A stretch of 64,000 nucleotides of DNA from Coraliomargarita sp. Lineage in GTDB: Bacteria > Verrucomicrobiota > Verrucomicrobiia > Opitutales > Coraliomargaritaceae. The position numbers and the translations under genes are program-made. Under the pieces are notes generated by a model that made no database searches, had not been told where the DNA came from, and saw only the letters and a program-made list of their open reading frames with translations. Location: the NCBI GenBank assembly GCA_965216325.1, contig OZ244160.1, positions 1,248,001-1,312,000 on the forward strand, written 5' to 3'. The first letter of the stretch is position 1. Each line of letters opens with the position of its first letter. This document shows, in pieces, positions 1-10,258 of the stretch.

Positions 1-2
1 AG

Positions 3-302
3 ATGCTCTGTCGTGCTGAATTTTTAGCTCCAGCATCGAATGGCCAGTCGGCATCAGCTCCAAGCAGTGGTCGCGCCGCCGTCTATGTTCCCAACAAAGC
101 ATTGGTTGAACAAGCCGGCCAATACTACGTCTGGACCTTGGATAAGTCCGGCAAGCGAGTCACGCAGCAAGCCATCCGCCTGGCTCCCGAAGAACGTGAT
201 GATTTTCGTCGCGTGAGCGAAGGCCTACAGCCAGGTGCCCGTGTCGTAATCAACCCACCGACTGACCTCGAGGAAGGCGACCGCATCCGACTAACCCCCT
301 AA
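3..302 (+). CDS. Efflux periplasmic adaptor (HlyD/MacA-like), C-terminal part, truncated by window start
   Basis: VPNKALV...GLQPGARVV C-terminal membrane-fusion-protein motif, directly upstream of an ABC ATPase. Confidence 0.75.
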   Translation: MLCRAEFLAPASNGQSASAPSSGRAAVYVPNKALVEQAGQYYVWTLDKSGKRVTQQAIRLAPEERDDFRRVSEGLQPGARVVINPPTDLEEGDRIRLTP

Positions 303-323
303 ACACTACACATATTTGAAACA

Positions 324-1052
324 ATGACCGAATCTCAACAACAGCCCCTTATCCGCTGCCGCGGGCTCTCAAAGACTTACCATAAAGGCAGCACCGCTGT
401 CACTCCGCTTGAAGCACTCGATCTCGACGTCCCGCGCGGTGAATTTCTCGCCCTAATGGGGCCATCCGGTTCCGGAAAAACCACCCTCCTCAACCTCATC
501 GCCGGCATCGACCACCCATCAACCGGCGAACTCTGGGTCGGCGACCGAAACCTCGCAACGCTCTCCCGAGGGGAGCTCACCAGCTGGCGCGCGCGTCACT
601 GTGGCTATATTTTTCAGCTCTACCATCTCGTGCCGATTCTAACTGCATTCGAAAATGTAGAACTACCACTTCTACTCGACTCCGAGCTAAGCCGCGACGA
701 GCGACGTGCCAAAGTGAACGCTGCGCTCGAACTCGTTGGCCTGTCAGACCGAATGGACCACCGTCCCTGCGAGCTCTCCGGCGGACAAGAGCAACGTGTC
801 GCCATCGCTCGAGCGATTGTGGCAGCCCCAGATCTACTTGTAGCCGACGAACCAACTGGCGACCTAGACCGCGAGTCTGCCACCTCAATCTTGGAATTAA
901 TGCGCGAGCTATCGGCAGACTTCGGAAAAACGATCGTCATGGTGACACACGACGCGGTCGCCGCCAAAGCTGCCCACCGTACCTTGCACTTGGAAAAAGG
1001 GCAACTCATCGAACAGGCTCGTATTCAACACACCACTACAACTGCATCATGA
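324..1052 (+). CDS. ABC transporter ATP-binding protein (LolD/MacB-type)
   Basis: Walker A GPSGSGKT, LSGGQEQRVAIARA signature, DEPTGDLD, VTHD. Confidence 0.95.
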   Translation: MTESQQQPLIRCRGLSKTYHKGSTAVTPLEALDLDVPRGEFLALMGPSGSGKTTLLNLIAGIDHPSTGELWVGDRNLATLSRGELTSWRARHCGYIFQLYHLVPILTAFENVELPLLLDSELSRDERRAKVNAALELVGLSDRMDHRPCELSGGQEQRVAIARAIVAAPDLLVADEPTGDLDRESATSILELMRELSADFGKTIVMVTHDAVAAKAAHRTLHLEKGQLIEQARIQHTTTTAS

Positions 1053-2191
1053 AACTGCGCCACACACTCAACCTAGCACTCAAGCAAGTGCTTCGCCATC
1101 GCGTGCGTAGCTTACTGACGATTGCTGGTGTCGGCGCAGGCATGTTTCTCTTCACCGCGGTGCAAACGATGCAGCATTCACTTGCCCGAGTCATTCAGAG
1201 TAGCGCAAATGACAACGTGCTCGTCGTGTATCGAGAGAACCGCTTTTGTCCGATGACCTCTCGCTTACCAGAGCACTATTTAAGTGAGATCAAACGCATC
1301 GACGGCGTAACCGAAGCTATTCCAATTCAAATCGCAGTCAACAACTGCGGGGCAAGCTTGGATGTCATTACCTTTCGCGGCGTGCCACCAGAGACCCTCA
1401 GTCGATACAATCCTGAACTCGAAATCAGAAGCGGGTCTCTGGAGCAGTGGCAGTCACGCAGCGATGCAGCACTCGTAGGCGAAAACCTTGCTCGCAGGCG
1501 TGGCCTCACCCCCGGTGATACCTTTGAAGCCGTTGGTGTGCGTGTCTGGGTTGCTGGGATCGTCAACTCTCCACTCCAACAAGACAACAACGTGGCCTAT
1601 GTGCACCTGCCCTACCTGCAACAGGCATCCCGTATCGGACTCGGCACGGTCACTCAATTCAATGTGCGTGTTGGTGACAGCTCACAAATCGATGTAGTCG
1701 CCACAGCCATCGACGAGCTATTTGCCTCCGACAGCGCCCCCACAACCACCCGTCCAGAAAAGGCATTCTTCATCCAGACCGCGCGCGACATGATTGAGAT
1801 GATCAGCTTCACTCGCTGGATTGGCCTCGGCGCAGTGCTGGCAGTCTTAGGGCTGGTGGGTAACGCACTACTCCTCGCGGCACGCGGGCGCGTTCAGGAA
1901 AGCGCAATCTTTCAAACAATTGGCTACTCCCGCCGCATGGTGGGCTCCATCATGGTTGGGGAAGGCGCAGTGTTGGGCTTGGCCGGCGGACTGATTGGTA
2001 GCCTAAGTGCCTCACTCTTCTTCTACCTGAGAAGTTACACGATAGGAAACGAAGGTCTAAGCCTTGCGCTTTCCCCAAGCCTCAGCGTGACCGCCGCTGC
2101 ACTGGCGATTGCTTGTGGACTCGGCCTCATCGCTTCGCTCTGGCCCGCATGGATCGCTGCAAAACAACCACTGGTTAAATCCCTACGTTGA
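1049..2191 (+). CDS. ABC transporter permease (MacB/FtsX-like)
   Basis: N-terminal TM, large periplasmic domain, three C-terminal TMs; ATGA overlap with the ATPase. Confidence 0.9.
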   Translation: MKLRHTLNLALKQVLRHRVRSLLTIAGVGAGMFLFTAVQTMQHSLARVIQSSANDNVLVVYRENRFCPMTSRLPEHYLSEIKRIDGVTEAIPIQIAVNNCGASLDVITFRGVPPETLSRYNPELEIRSGSLEQWQSRSDAALVGENLARRRGLTPGDTFEAVGVRVWVAGIVNSPLQQDNNVAYVHLPYLQQASRIGLGTVTQFNVRVGDSSQIDVVATAIDELFASDSAPTTTRPEKAFFIQTARDMIEMISFTRWIGLGAVLAVLGLVGNALLLAARGRVQESAIFQTIGYSRRMVGSIMVGEGAVLGLAGGLIGSLSASLFFYLRSYTIGNEGLSLALSPSLSVTAAALAIACGLGLIASLWPAWIAAKQPLVKSLR

Positions 2192-3363
2192 TCGAGATGA
2201 AAGTATTTAAAATACGCTTACTCCCCTTTGCCTATGCTACGCGCAATCTCCTGCGCGACATTCCACGCTTGCTGCAAAAAATCGGCGGTTCATCGGTCGT
2301 CGTTTTTTTGGTGCTCGCGGCCGGAGCCTTCAATGAGGGCATGAAGTCAGTGCTGCGAGCAAGCGGAGCACCCAACAACGTGATCCTACTCAGTGCAGGC
2401 TCCGAAGAAAGTGTTGAGCGCGGTGAAATCGACGTTCAAGTCGAGTCACTCGCTGCGGGCATTCGCGGCATCGAAAGCCGCTTAGGACAACCTGCTGCCT
2501 CAGGCGAAGTGCATTTCATGGGCGAGCTGGCTTCTAGCGACGCAGGCGCACAACAGGCGCTCCTACGCGGCATCACGCCGGCGGCATTCGAAGTGCATCG
2601 CGAAGTGCGCATCCTTGAGGGCGAGTTTCCTTCATCGGGCGAAGTGCTCGTTGGACGACTGGCACACCACATGCTCGGACTCACAGCACAGCAACTTGAG
2701 CCCGGAAGTTTCATCAATTTTGAAGGACAAACCTTCACTGTGTCTGGCATATTCGAAGCGCCGGGAACCGTGATGGAGTCGGAAGTGTGGTTTGACCGTA
2801 GTGATCTAATGACACTCACCCAGCGTGAATCACTCTCCTGCGTGATCCTTCGACTCGAGAGTCCTGAGAACTTTTCAACAGTAGATCTCTTTGCAAAGCA
2901 ACGCCTAGACTTAGAGCTAAGCGCCATTCGTGAAGTCGACTATTACGATCAGTTGTCTGGTTTCTTTGCACCGATACGTGCAATGACTTGGCTGACTGCG
3001 GGATTGATTTCCGCTGGTGCTATCTTTGGTGGCTTTAATCTTCTCTACGCCGCCTACGCCTCTCGCATTCGAGAACTGGCAACGCTGCAAGCCATCGGCT
3101 TTCGGCGCGCCGCAGTATTCATATCACTCGTGCAAGAAAGTCTACTCGCAACCTTGAGCGGCACTTTGCTCGCCGCCTTTGCCGCCTTAATTTTCCTCGA
3201 AGGCCAAGCCGTGCATTTCTCGATTGGCACCTTTTCCTTGGAGCTCAGTAGTCCTGTTATCAGTGCAGGACTACTGATGGGACTCCTACTAGGCGTGCTC
3301 GGTGCGGTGCCCCCTGCGATTCGATGCCTGGGTGCACCACTGCCAGACACACTTCGCTCATAA
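2188..3363 (+). CDS. ABC transporter permease (MacB/FtsX-like), second subunit
   Basis: RIRELATLQAIGF FtsX-type motif; same topology; overlaps the upstream permease. Confidence 0.9.
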   Translation: MIEMKVFKIRLLPFAYATRNLLRDIPRLLQKIGGSSVVVFLVLAAGAFNEGMKSVLRASGAPNNVILLSAGSEESVERGEIDVQVESLAAGIRGIESRLGQPAASGEVHFMGELASSDAGAQQALLRGITPAAFEVHREVRILEGEFPSSGEVLVGRLAHHMLGLTAQQLEPGSFINFEGQTFTVSGIFEAPGTVMESEVWFDRSDLMTLTQRESLSCVILRLESPENFSTVDLFAKQRLDLELSAIREVDYYDQLSGFFAPIRAMTWLTAGLISAGAIFGGFNLLYAAYASRIRELATLQAIGFRRAAVFISLVQESLLATLSGTLLAAFAALIFLEGQAVHFSIGTFSLELSSPVISAGLLMGLLLGVLGAVPPAIRCLGAPLPDTLRS

Positions 3364-3387
3364 CACAAAATTCAACAAAGATATAAA

Positions 3388-3918
3388 ATGAAATTAAAGA
3401 CATCCCAATTACCAGCAGCATGCCTCAGCGCCCTCATTCTAGTGACCACTGCCTGCAGCCCGTCAGGCGAGGAACTCACAGTTTCTGAAGCAAACCACGC
3501 AGTCAAAGCCTTACTTCTAAGCGAAGCCCCCGTAGATAGCCTCAGCGTATTCGAAGCACGCAAACAGGCTCAACCCGGCGCCCCCATTCAAGTAACCGGT
3601 CAAATCGGTGGAACCCTCCACCCCTTTGTTCAAGGCTATGCGAGTTTCGTCTTAGCCGATCCTAGCTTGGAATTCTGCGACGAAATGGGTGATGACCACT
3701 GCTCGACTCCTTGGGATGCCTGCTGCGAAGATCCTGACAAACTAAAGTCGATGCGGATCTACGTCCAATTTCTGGATAGCACTGGCATTCCGATCCAGAG
3801 TAACTTGAAGGAAAGCATCGGCATCAAGGAACTCGACCAAGTAACCGTAGTCGGTACTGTCGCAGAATCATCCACTTCAACCAATACGATCATCAACGCC
3901 ACAAGCCTCTACAAATAA
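3388..3918 (+). CDS. Cys-rich lipoprotein of unknown function
   Basis: Lipobox-like VTTAC; CDEMGDDHCSTPWDACCED motif; last gene of the ABC operon. Confidence 0.75.
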   Translation: MKLKTSQLPAACLSALILVTTACSPSGEELTVSEANHAVKALLLSEAPVDSLSVFEARKQAQPGAPIQVTGQIGGTLHPFVQGYASFVLADPSLEFCDEMGDDHCSTPWDACCEDPDKLKSMRIYVQFLDSTGIPIQSNLKESIGIKELDQVTVVGTVAESSTSTNTIINATSLYK

Positions 3919-3945
3919 GTTGCGAAGCCTGAATTCGACGCCGAG

Positions 3946-4305
3946 TTAGTCGAAGTGTTTTTGTATCATCGCTTGGACGATGTCGGAATACAGCGAAGGC
4001 TTATGGTAATAATCCACTCCTTGAGCCTCTAGATGCTGAACATCATCGCGGTTCAATTGACCGGAAACCACCACAACCTTGATGCCTTGAGGCTGTTCCT
4101 TGATGTCCACAGCAAAGAGTGCCCCATTGCCATCGGGCACCTGTTGATCGGCAATCAAGATATCGATTTGGATATTCTCATCCTCTAAAATTTCTTGTGC
4201 ATGCGCGATGTCAAAAGCGGGAAACACAGTATGCCCACGGCTTTCAATTTGCTCACAGGCAACCGCTGAGAGGTCAGGTTCGTCTTCGAGTAATAGCACA
4301 TTCAT
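3946..4305 (-). CDS. Single-domain response regulator (CheY-like receiver)
   Basis: LLLEDE, ILIAD phospho-acceptor, VVSG, KP motif. Confidence 0.9.
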   Translation of the reverse strand: MNVLLLEDEPDLSAVACEQIESRGHTVFPAFDIAHAQEILEDENIQIDILIADQQVPDGNGALFAVDIKEQPQGIKVVVVSGQLNRDDVQHLEAQGVDYYHKPSLYSDIVQAMIQKHFD

Positions 4306-4489
4306 GGTTAAGTAGAAAAGATAACGCCGTTACAAGGGCACTGAATCGGTGTAAATGCAACCATCTATATTTAGCCGAGCGCATTCATTGGCAGCACGAA
4401 TCGGGCTCACGCGCCACTTTTCACTCGCATCCACTGCGCTAGTGATAATACTATCATTCAACCTCTATCAATAACCTAAAAACAGTAAA

Positions 4490-6064
4490 ATGACTAGTAA
4501 AGCACTCTCCTTCAAGCGCCCTGAAGAAGACTTGTCCTCGCTCGAACTCCTTGCTGGAGAATTCACCAACACCGATGCGGCCATCGCAGAGATCGCACGT
4601 TTGTCCGCAGTTTTGACGCTCCCTAGAGGCGCAATTCACATGATTAGTGATATCCACGGTGAAGACAAAAAGTTACGGCATGTGATCAACAATGCATCCG
4701 GCACACTGCGCCCACTCGTGGAACAAATGTTCGGCGACAAGATAACGGCCGATGAGTTGAAGGATTTTCTGAAGATCACCTTTTATCCAGCCGAAGTCAC
4801 CGATCAGCTCGAAAAGACGCTCACAGATCCAGAGCAGCTGAAGCAGTATGCACGCAGAATTCTAAATCCACAATTTGAGCTGTTACGTCACCTCATGGGT
4901 AATTACAGCCTCAAACTGGCAACTGAGTTGCTGCCTACCGATTTCCAAAACCTGCTCCTTGAAATCCTCCATGCCCCAACACGTGAGCACGGGCATGAAT
5001 TTGTAGAAGCAATTATCGACGAGCTACAGCGCCAAGGCCGCGTGCTACATCTAATTCATATCGTCGGTCGCTTAATTCGTAACCTTGCAGTTGACGAGTT
5101 GATTATAGGTGGCGATTGCTGGGACCGCGGACCACGTGGTGACCGTGTCGTCGATTACCTACGCCTCCAACCCAATGTCTCTTTTATCTGAGGCAATCAT
5201 GATGCACTGTGGCTTGGTGCAGCCTTAGGCCACGAAGCGTTGATTTGCACAGCGCTACGTGTTTCTCTACGCTATCGCCGCATAAGCCAATTGGACGAAG
5301 GATATAGCGTGCCGCTCACCCCGCTCGAACGCCTCGCACGCGAAGTGTATGCAGACGATCCGGCCGAGTTTTTCATGCCCAAAGGAGAAGGAATGCGTCC
5401 GAAAGAACTCGTCGCACGCATGCAGAAAGCCGTTGCGGTAATGCAGTTCAAACTCGAAGGACAAATGATCGAACGTAATCCACACTGGGAGCTCGATCAT
5501 CGTCGCCTAATGCATCGCATCGACCTTGAAAACGGCACCATAGAAATTGATGGCGTCGTATATGAGCTGCGTGACAAATACCTGCCCACTGTCGATCCAC
5601 AGAACCCATACGCCCTAACAGCAGAGGAACAAGACTGCTTGGACCGATTGAAAGCCTCGTTCCTCAGCAGTCAAAAGCTACGCGAACAAATGCGCTACAT
5701 GGTTGGCCACGGGTCCATGTATCTCCAACGTGGAGATTGCCTCATTTTCCATGGCTGCGTTCCCACCGACCCCGAGGGTAATTTTCTTAGCTTTGAGATC
5801 GACGGCGAAGCCTACGGAGACCACGGCTATACTCTCGTGCTCGAACCTCACAGAATTGTTTTAGCCGAACACCATCACTTCGAATCCATGGAATCTGCGA
5901 TCAAGGACGGGGTCGACATTGTGCCGCAGACACAAGACATCCGTGTTTTTGAGACACCCCAATGCACCCAAGACACCGAGCGCGGCAAACGTATCAAATA
6001 TCGGATCAAAGAACTACAGCGGCTCATTAAAGCCTATCGCAGTAATCGTTTACACGAGCGATAG
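4490..6064 (+). pseudogene. fbp: Class III fructose-1,6-bisphosphatase, disrupted (in-frame TGA at 5189-5191 and probable internal deletion near 5810)
   Basis: SDIHGE, GDCWDRGP, [W>*]GNHD and HGCVP motifs; ORFs 4490..5191 and 5240..6064 are in the same frame. Confidence 0.85.
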
Positions 6065-6079
6065 GTTGCCAACACGGTC

Positions 6080-7825
6080 TTGATGCGTCAGTTTTCACAC
6101 AATTCTGGAAAGAAAATAGTTGTGAACACTGAAGCACTCATCCAACGATTCGAAGCCATCTCAGGCCACAAGCATGTCTTCACCAAGGACAGGCAAACCG
6201 CCTATTACCGCTCAGGCTTTCGCTCAGGCTTCGGTGCTGCACTCGCAGTGATTTTCCCCGGCACACTGCTCGAGCAGTGGAAACTTTTGCAAGCCAGCGT
6301 CGACGCTGGATGTGCTATCATCATCCAAGCCAGCAAAACCGGTCTAACTGAAGGCTCATGCCCGAGTGGATTTGATTACGGTCGTCCCGTCGTAATCATC
6401 AACACCACGCGGCTTAAGCAAATAGTCCTACTAGACGGTGGCAAACAGGTGCTGGCATTCCCCGGAGCCACACTCCACGAACTTGAGCAATTGCTCAAGC
6501 CACTGGGACGTGCACCACATTCAGTCATCGGATCGACCACGATCGGTGCAACCATCGTCGGCAGTATCGCAAACAATGCAGGCGGCGCACTGTGTAAGCG
6601 TGGACCGTCCTATACTGAGCTGTCACTCTTCGCCCAGGTCGACGAGAATGAACAATTAAACTTAGTCAACCATTTGGGAATTCGAAACCTCGGCAACACC
6701 CCCGAAGGCATATTCTCGGCACTGGAAAGTGGCAACATCAAGGACAGTGATTTGGATGCGATGACCACACTCGCCTCGGATCGTGAATATGCCGAGCGTA
6801 TCCGCAAACTAGATACGGGTATACCGAACCGCTACAATGCCGATCCAAGACGTCTGTTTGAAGTGAGTGGTAGCGCAGGAAAGGTGGCTGCGTTTGCGGT
6901 TCGGGTTGATACCTATCCACTTCCGAAGCAGAAGCAGGTCTTTTATCTAGGAACCAACGATCCCACACAGTTTACCGATTTGCGTCGTCACATTCTGACA
7001 AAGTTCAACGAACTTCCCGAGATGTGCGAATACATGAATCGTGAGATTTTCGATATTGCAGAGGAATACGGCAAAGACGTCTTTCTCTCGATCAAGCATA
7101 TCGGCACCGAGCGCTTACCCAAACTGTATGCCTTAAAGTCTGCGATCGAATACCGCCTCAATAAACTCAGCTTCTTGCCAAAATTCCTTCCGGACATTCT
7201 GCTCCACAAACTCAGCCAGCTGTTTCCGAAACACCTCTCCGGCCGCCTGCTCGATTATCGTGACCGCTTCCAATATTACCTAATTCTAAGCATGAGTGAT
7301 GCCGGCATAGAAGAAGCACGCAGCTACCTTTTGGAACAGTGGAGTCAGCAAGCAGACTGCGATTTTTTTGAATGCACGCCCGACGAACAAGAAGCTGCCC
7401 TTCTCCACCGTTTTGCAGCCGCAGGAGCAGCGATACGCTATCAGAACCTACACCAGAAGACCACGGAAGAGGTACTGGCTCTCGACATCGCTTTACGCGG
7501 GAATGACCCTGACTGGATCGAAACACTCCCCCCTGCAATATCCGAACAACTTGAACTGGCCCTTTATTACGGGCATTTCATGTGCCATGTCTTCCATCAG
7601 GACTACATCTTCAAGAAAGGCACCGATATACAGGCCGTGAAAGCTCAAATGCTAGAGCGACTCGATGGCAAGGGCGCTAAATACCCCGCGGAACACAATG
7701 TTGGGCACATGTATCAAGCCGAACCGCAGCTCAAAGCTTTCTACGAGCAACTGGACCCGACCAATACCTTTAATCCAGGAATTGGTAAATCCAGTAAGCA
7801 GCGCAGAATTCCTCGTTTTACATAG
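6080..7825 (+). CDS. dld: Quinone-dependent FAD D-lactate dehydrogenase (start may be GTG 6122)
   Basis: TGLTEGS, GSAGK, HRFAAAGAA, YYGHFMCHVFHQDY, YPAEHNVGH, FNPGIGK motifs of Dld. Confidence 0.92.
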   Translation: MMRQFSHNSGKKIVVNTEALIQRFEAISGHKHVFTKDRQTAYYRSGFRSGFGAALAVIFPGTLLEQWKLLQASVDAGCAIIIQASKTGLTEGSCPSGFDYGRPVVIINTTRLKQIVLLDGGKQVLAFPGATLHELEQLLKPLGRAPHSVIGSTTIGATIVGSIANNAGGALCKRGPSYTELSLFAQVDENEQLNLVNHLGIRNLGNTPEGIFSALESGNIKDSDLDAMTTLASDREYAERIRKLDTGIPNRYNADPRRLFEVSGSAGKVAAFAVRVDTYPLPKQKQVFYLGTNDPTQFTDLRRHILTKFNELPEMCEYMNREIFDIAEEYGKDVFLSIKHIGTERLPKLYALKSAIEYRLNKLSFLPKFLPDILLHKLSQLFPKHLSGRLLDYRDRFQYYLILSMSDAGIEEARSYLLEQWSQQADCDFFECTPDEQEAALLHRFAAAGAAIRYQNLHQKTTEEVLALDIALRGNDPDWIETLPPAISEQLELALYYGHFMCHVFHQDYIFKKGTDIQAVKAQMLERLDGKGAKYPAEHNVGHMYQAEPQLKAFYEQLDPTNTFNPGIGKSSKQRRIPRFT

Positions 7826-7916
7826 ATGGGCTCCTAATCAGCTTTGCAGCTCCTACACGCTAAAAAAGTTAGACGACAGTCGACACCCAAGCTAACTGCA
7901 TTCAAGTTATGCAACT

Positions 7917-8657
7917 ATGCCATTTAAGCCGATTGCTCTCATCATCTGTTTCCTGATTCACCTGAATGCTCACGCCACATCCAGAGAATGGACCGCCCTC
8001 GATGGCCGCACGATGCAAGCGGAGTTTGTGAAAACAGAGAAAATGGGTGCCCGGGTGGAAATCGTCTTTCGGAAGGACGACGGCATGCTCTACCGAGTGC
8101 CCCTAAGCAGCTTGCGCCACAGCGACCAACAAGCGATTCAAGAACTGAGCGCTCGACCTGACACGACGAACGCTACCGCAAGTGCCCCACAAGCAAGCAT
8201 GACCGTATTTGAGTTGGCCATCACCAAAGACCTAGTGCGATTAAAAGGCAGCCGAATGAAAGCCGTCCCGCAAACTGAGCTTCAGGCAAAAGACTATTAC
8301 GCGATTTATTACTCTGCGCACTGGTGCCCACCCTGCAGAAAATTCACACCAAAACTGGTCGATTTCTATGAGAAGGCATCGAGAGAGCATAATAACTTCG
8401 AAATCATCTTTGTAAGCAGCGACCGCAGCGAAGACGACATGGAAAGCTACATGGATGAAGCCGACATGCCTTGGCTAGCCTTGGAATTCGAAAAGAAGAA
8501 GCAAAGCAAAGAGCTCACTAAATATGCCGGTGGAGGCATCCCCTGTCTCGTTCTGGTCGATCAGAATGGCAACATCCTATCCGACAGTTACGTAAATGGA
8601 AAATATGTGGGTCCCACCCGCGTAATGGACTATCTGAAAGAAACGTTAGCAGAGTAA
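7917..8657 (+). CDS. Secreted thioredoxin-like protein (nucleoredoxin/tryparedoxin type) with N-terminal SHD1-like domain
   Basis: Signal peptide, REWTALDGRT, YYSAHWCPPCRKF, GIPCLVLVD. Confidence 0.85.
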   Translation: MPFKPIALIICFLIHLNAHATSREWTALDGRTMQAEFVKTEKMGARVEIVFRKDDGMLYRVPLSSLRHSDQQAIQELSARPDTTNATASAPQASMTVFELAITKDLVRLKGSRMKAVPQTELQAKDYYAIYYSAHWCPPCRKFTPKLVDFYEKASREHNNFEIIFVSSDRSEDDMESYMDEADMPWLALEFEKKKQSKELTKYAGGGIPCLVLVDQNGNILSDSYVNGKYVGPTRVMDYLKETLAE

Positions 8658-8674
8658 GCTGCCGGATCCGCAAC

Positions 8675-9151
8675 TCAGGACACCTTTGCAGTTCCCGAAC
8701 GCTTGGACAGCAAATAGTGTGCAAGCACCATGAGTAAGAGATAGATCAAAGGAGCAGTGATTAACCAGCCAGTAATGGCGTGGGCAAAGCTTGCTGCAAA
8801 CTCGATTGCGGTGCTTTTCACATCACTAAAAAAGCGCGTGCTAAACTCCGCCAAGCTCAACGTGAAGGGTTCTGCTTGAAAGACCCACTCACCAAGACGT
8901 AAGAACGGAAAAATCAGCGCAATCTTAATTGGACCGACCAGCCAGTTGAACAACTGTGTGACGGGTTGGTTGAGACGAAAAAACACAGCACTGACTGTGT
9001 TCATTGGCGTAGAGAAGCCTAAAATCGGAAATACTCCGATGGTCAAAGATGCTGCAATTGCTCGAGCACACGCACGTGCGCTCAAGCCCTGCGTCATTTG
9101 CAACTGTATCTCCTGTTTAATCCGCTGTAACACAGAGATGAATCGGATCAC
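8675..9151 (-). CDS. DUF2062-like membrane protein
   Basis: A...GVFPILG..T...RLNQP pattern with hydrophobic segments. Confidence 0.7.
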   Translation of the reverse strand: MIRFISVLQRIKQEIQLQMTQGLSARACARAIAASLTIGVFPILGFSTPMNTVSAVFFRLNQPVTQLFNWLVGPIKIALIFPFLRLGEWVFQAEPFTLSLAEFSTRFFSDVKSTAIEFAASFAHAITGWLITAPLIYLLLMVLAHYLLSKRSGTAKVS

Positions 9152-9204
9152 CCCAGCAAACCTTACCCGAACTCAAACCCGCGAAAGAGCAGTGTCAGCA
9201 GGCA

Positions 9205-10212
9205 CTAACCACCAATGTATGACATCTCCACCTTGGGTCGCTCTGCTTTCGTGACCGATGAGCGTAGCTCCGAATAACGGTCGTCACGGCGTTGCCAACG
9301 TAAAGCCAGCAAGTTATACAAGCCCTCCTTGGTATATGCCTCTGAACGCAGGTAGGACTTTAAGTCCACGCCCTCGCTCGCAAACAGACAGGTATACAAC
9401 TTCCCGTCCGCAGAAATGCGTGCCCGCGTGCAACCGCCACAAAATGGCTGGGTCACCGAAGTAATCAGCCCAACCTCCGCAGAGCCGTCGGTATAGCGAT
9501 AGCGCTTGGCCACCTCTGTGCTCGAACTGACATCCACCGGTTCCAGTTCAAACTCCTCGCGCAAACGGTTCAAGATCTCAGCCCCACTGACTACACGGTC
9601 CAAGTTCCAACCATTGCAATTGCCCACGTCCATGAACTCAATGAAGCGCAGCGTGATTCCTCGCGCTCTGAAATAGCGCGCCATCGGCAGGATCTCCTCA
9701 TCGTTCATCCCGCGCTCGACAACCATGTTGACCTTTACACCAAGCCCAGCGGCTTGTGCGGCGTCGATGCCAGCAAGCGCCACTTTAGGTCCGATGCCTC
9801 GGCCGTTCATCGCGGCATAAATCTCAGAATCCATCGCATCCACACTGACCGTGACCCGCTTAAGGCCTGCCGCCTTCAACTCATCGACTTTCTCAGCCAA
9901 GCGCAACCCATTGGTCGTAATCGCAATATCCGCGAGTCCTTCAAAACGCGAGAGCCCTTGGATATACTTGAGCAAGCCTGGCCGCAGCAGAGGCTCACCA
10001 CCGGTAAGGCGCACCTTCTTCACCCCCAATTGAACAAAGGCCTCCACCACATCATCCAGCTCCGTGAAACGCAGCCACTCATGCTTGCGCAAGAATTGAT
10101 AATCCGGCCCGAAGATCTCCTTCGGCATGCAATAGGTGCAGCGCAAATTACACCGATCCGTCAAAGAGATCCGTAAATCGGTAAGTCCGCGCTGATGTTG
10201 ATCTGTTAGCAT
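9205..10212 (-). CDS. moaA: GTP 3',8-cyclase MoaA
   Basis: LRISLTDRCNLRCTYCMP radical SAM motif, FCGGCTRARISADGKLYTCLF, C-terminal MSYIGG; ATG at 10212. Confidence 0.97.
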   Translation of the reverse strand: MLTDQHQRGLTDLRISLTDRCNLRCTYCMPKEIFGPDYQFLRKHEWLRFTELDDVVEAFVQLGVKKVRLTGGEPLLRPGLLKYIQGLSRFEGLADIAITTNGLRLAEKVDELKAAGLKRVTVSVDAMDSEIYAAMNGRGIGPKVALAGIDAAQAAGLGVKVNMVVERGMNDEEILPMARYFRARGITLRFIEFMDVGNCNGWNLDRVVSGAEILNRLREEFELEPVDVSSSTEVAKRYRYTDGSAEVGLITSVTQPFCGGCTRARISADGKLYTCLFASEGVDLKSYLRSEAYTKEGLYNLLALRWQRRDDRYSELRSSVTKAERPKVEMSYIGG

Positions 10213-10258
10213 TGCCTCTTTAAAAATACATTGATCGACTCTATGCACGACTAATCCG

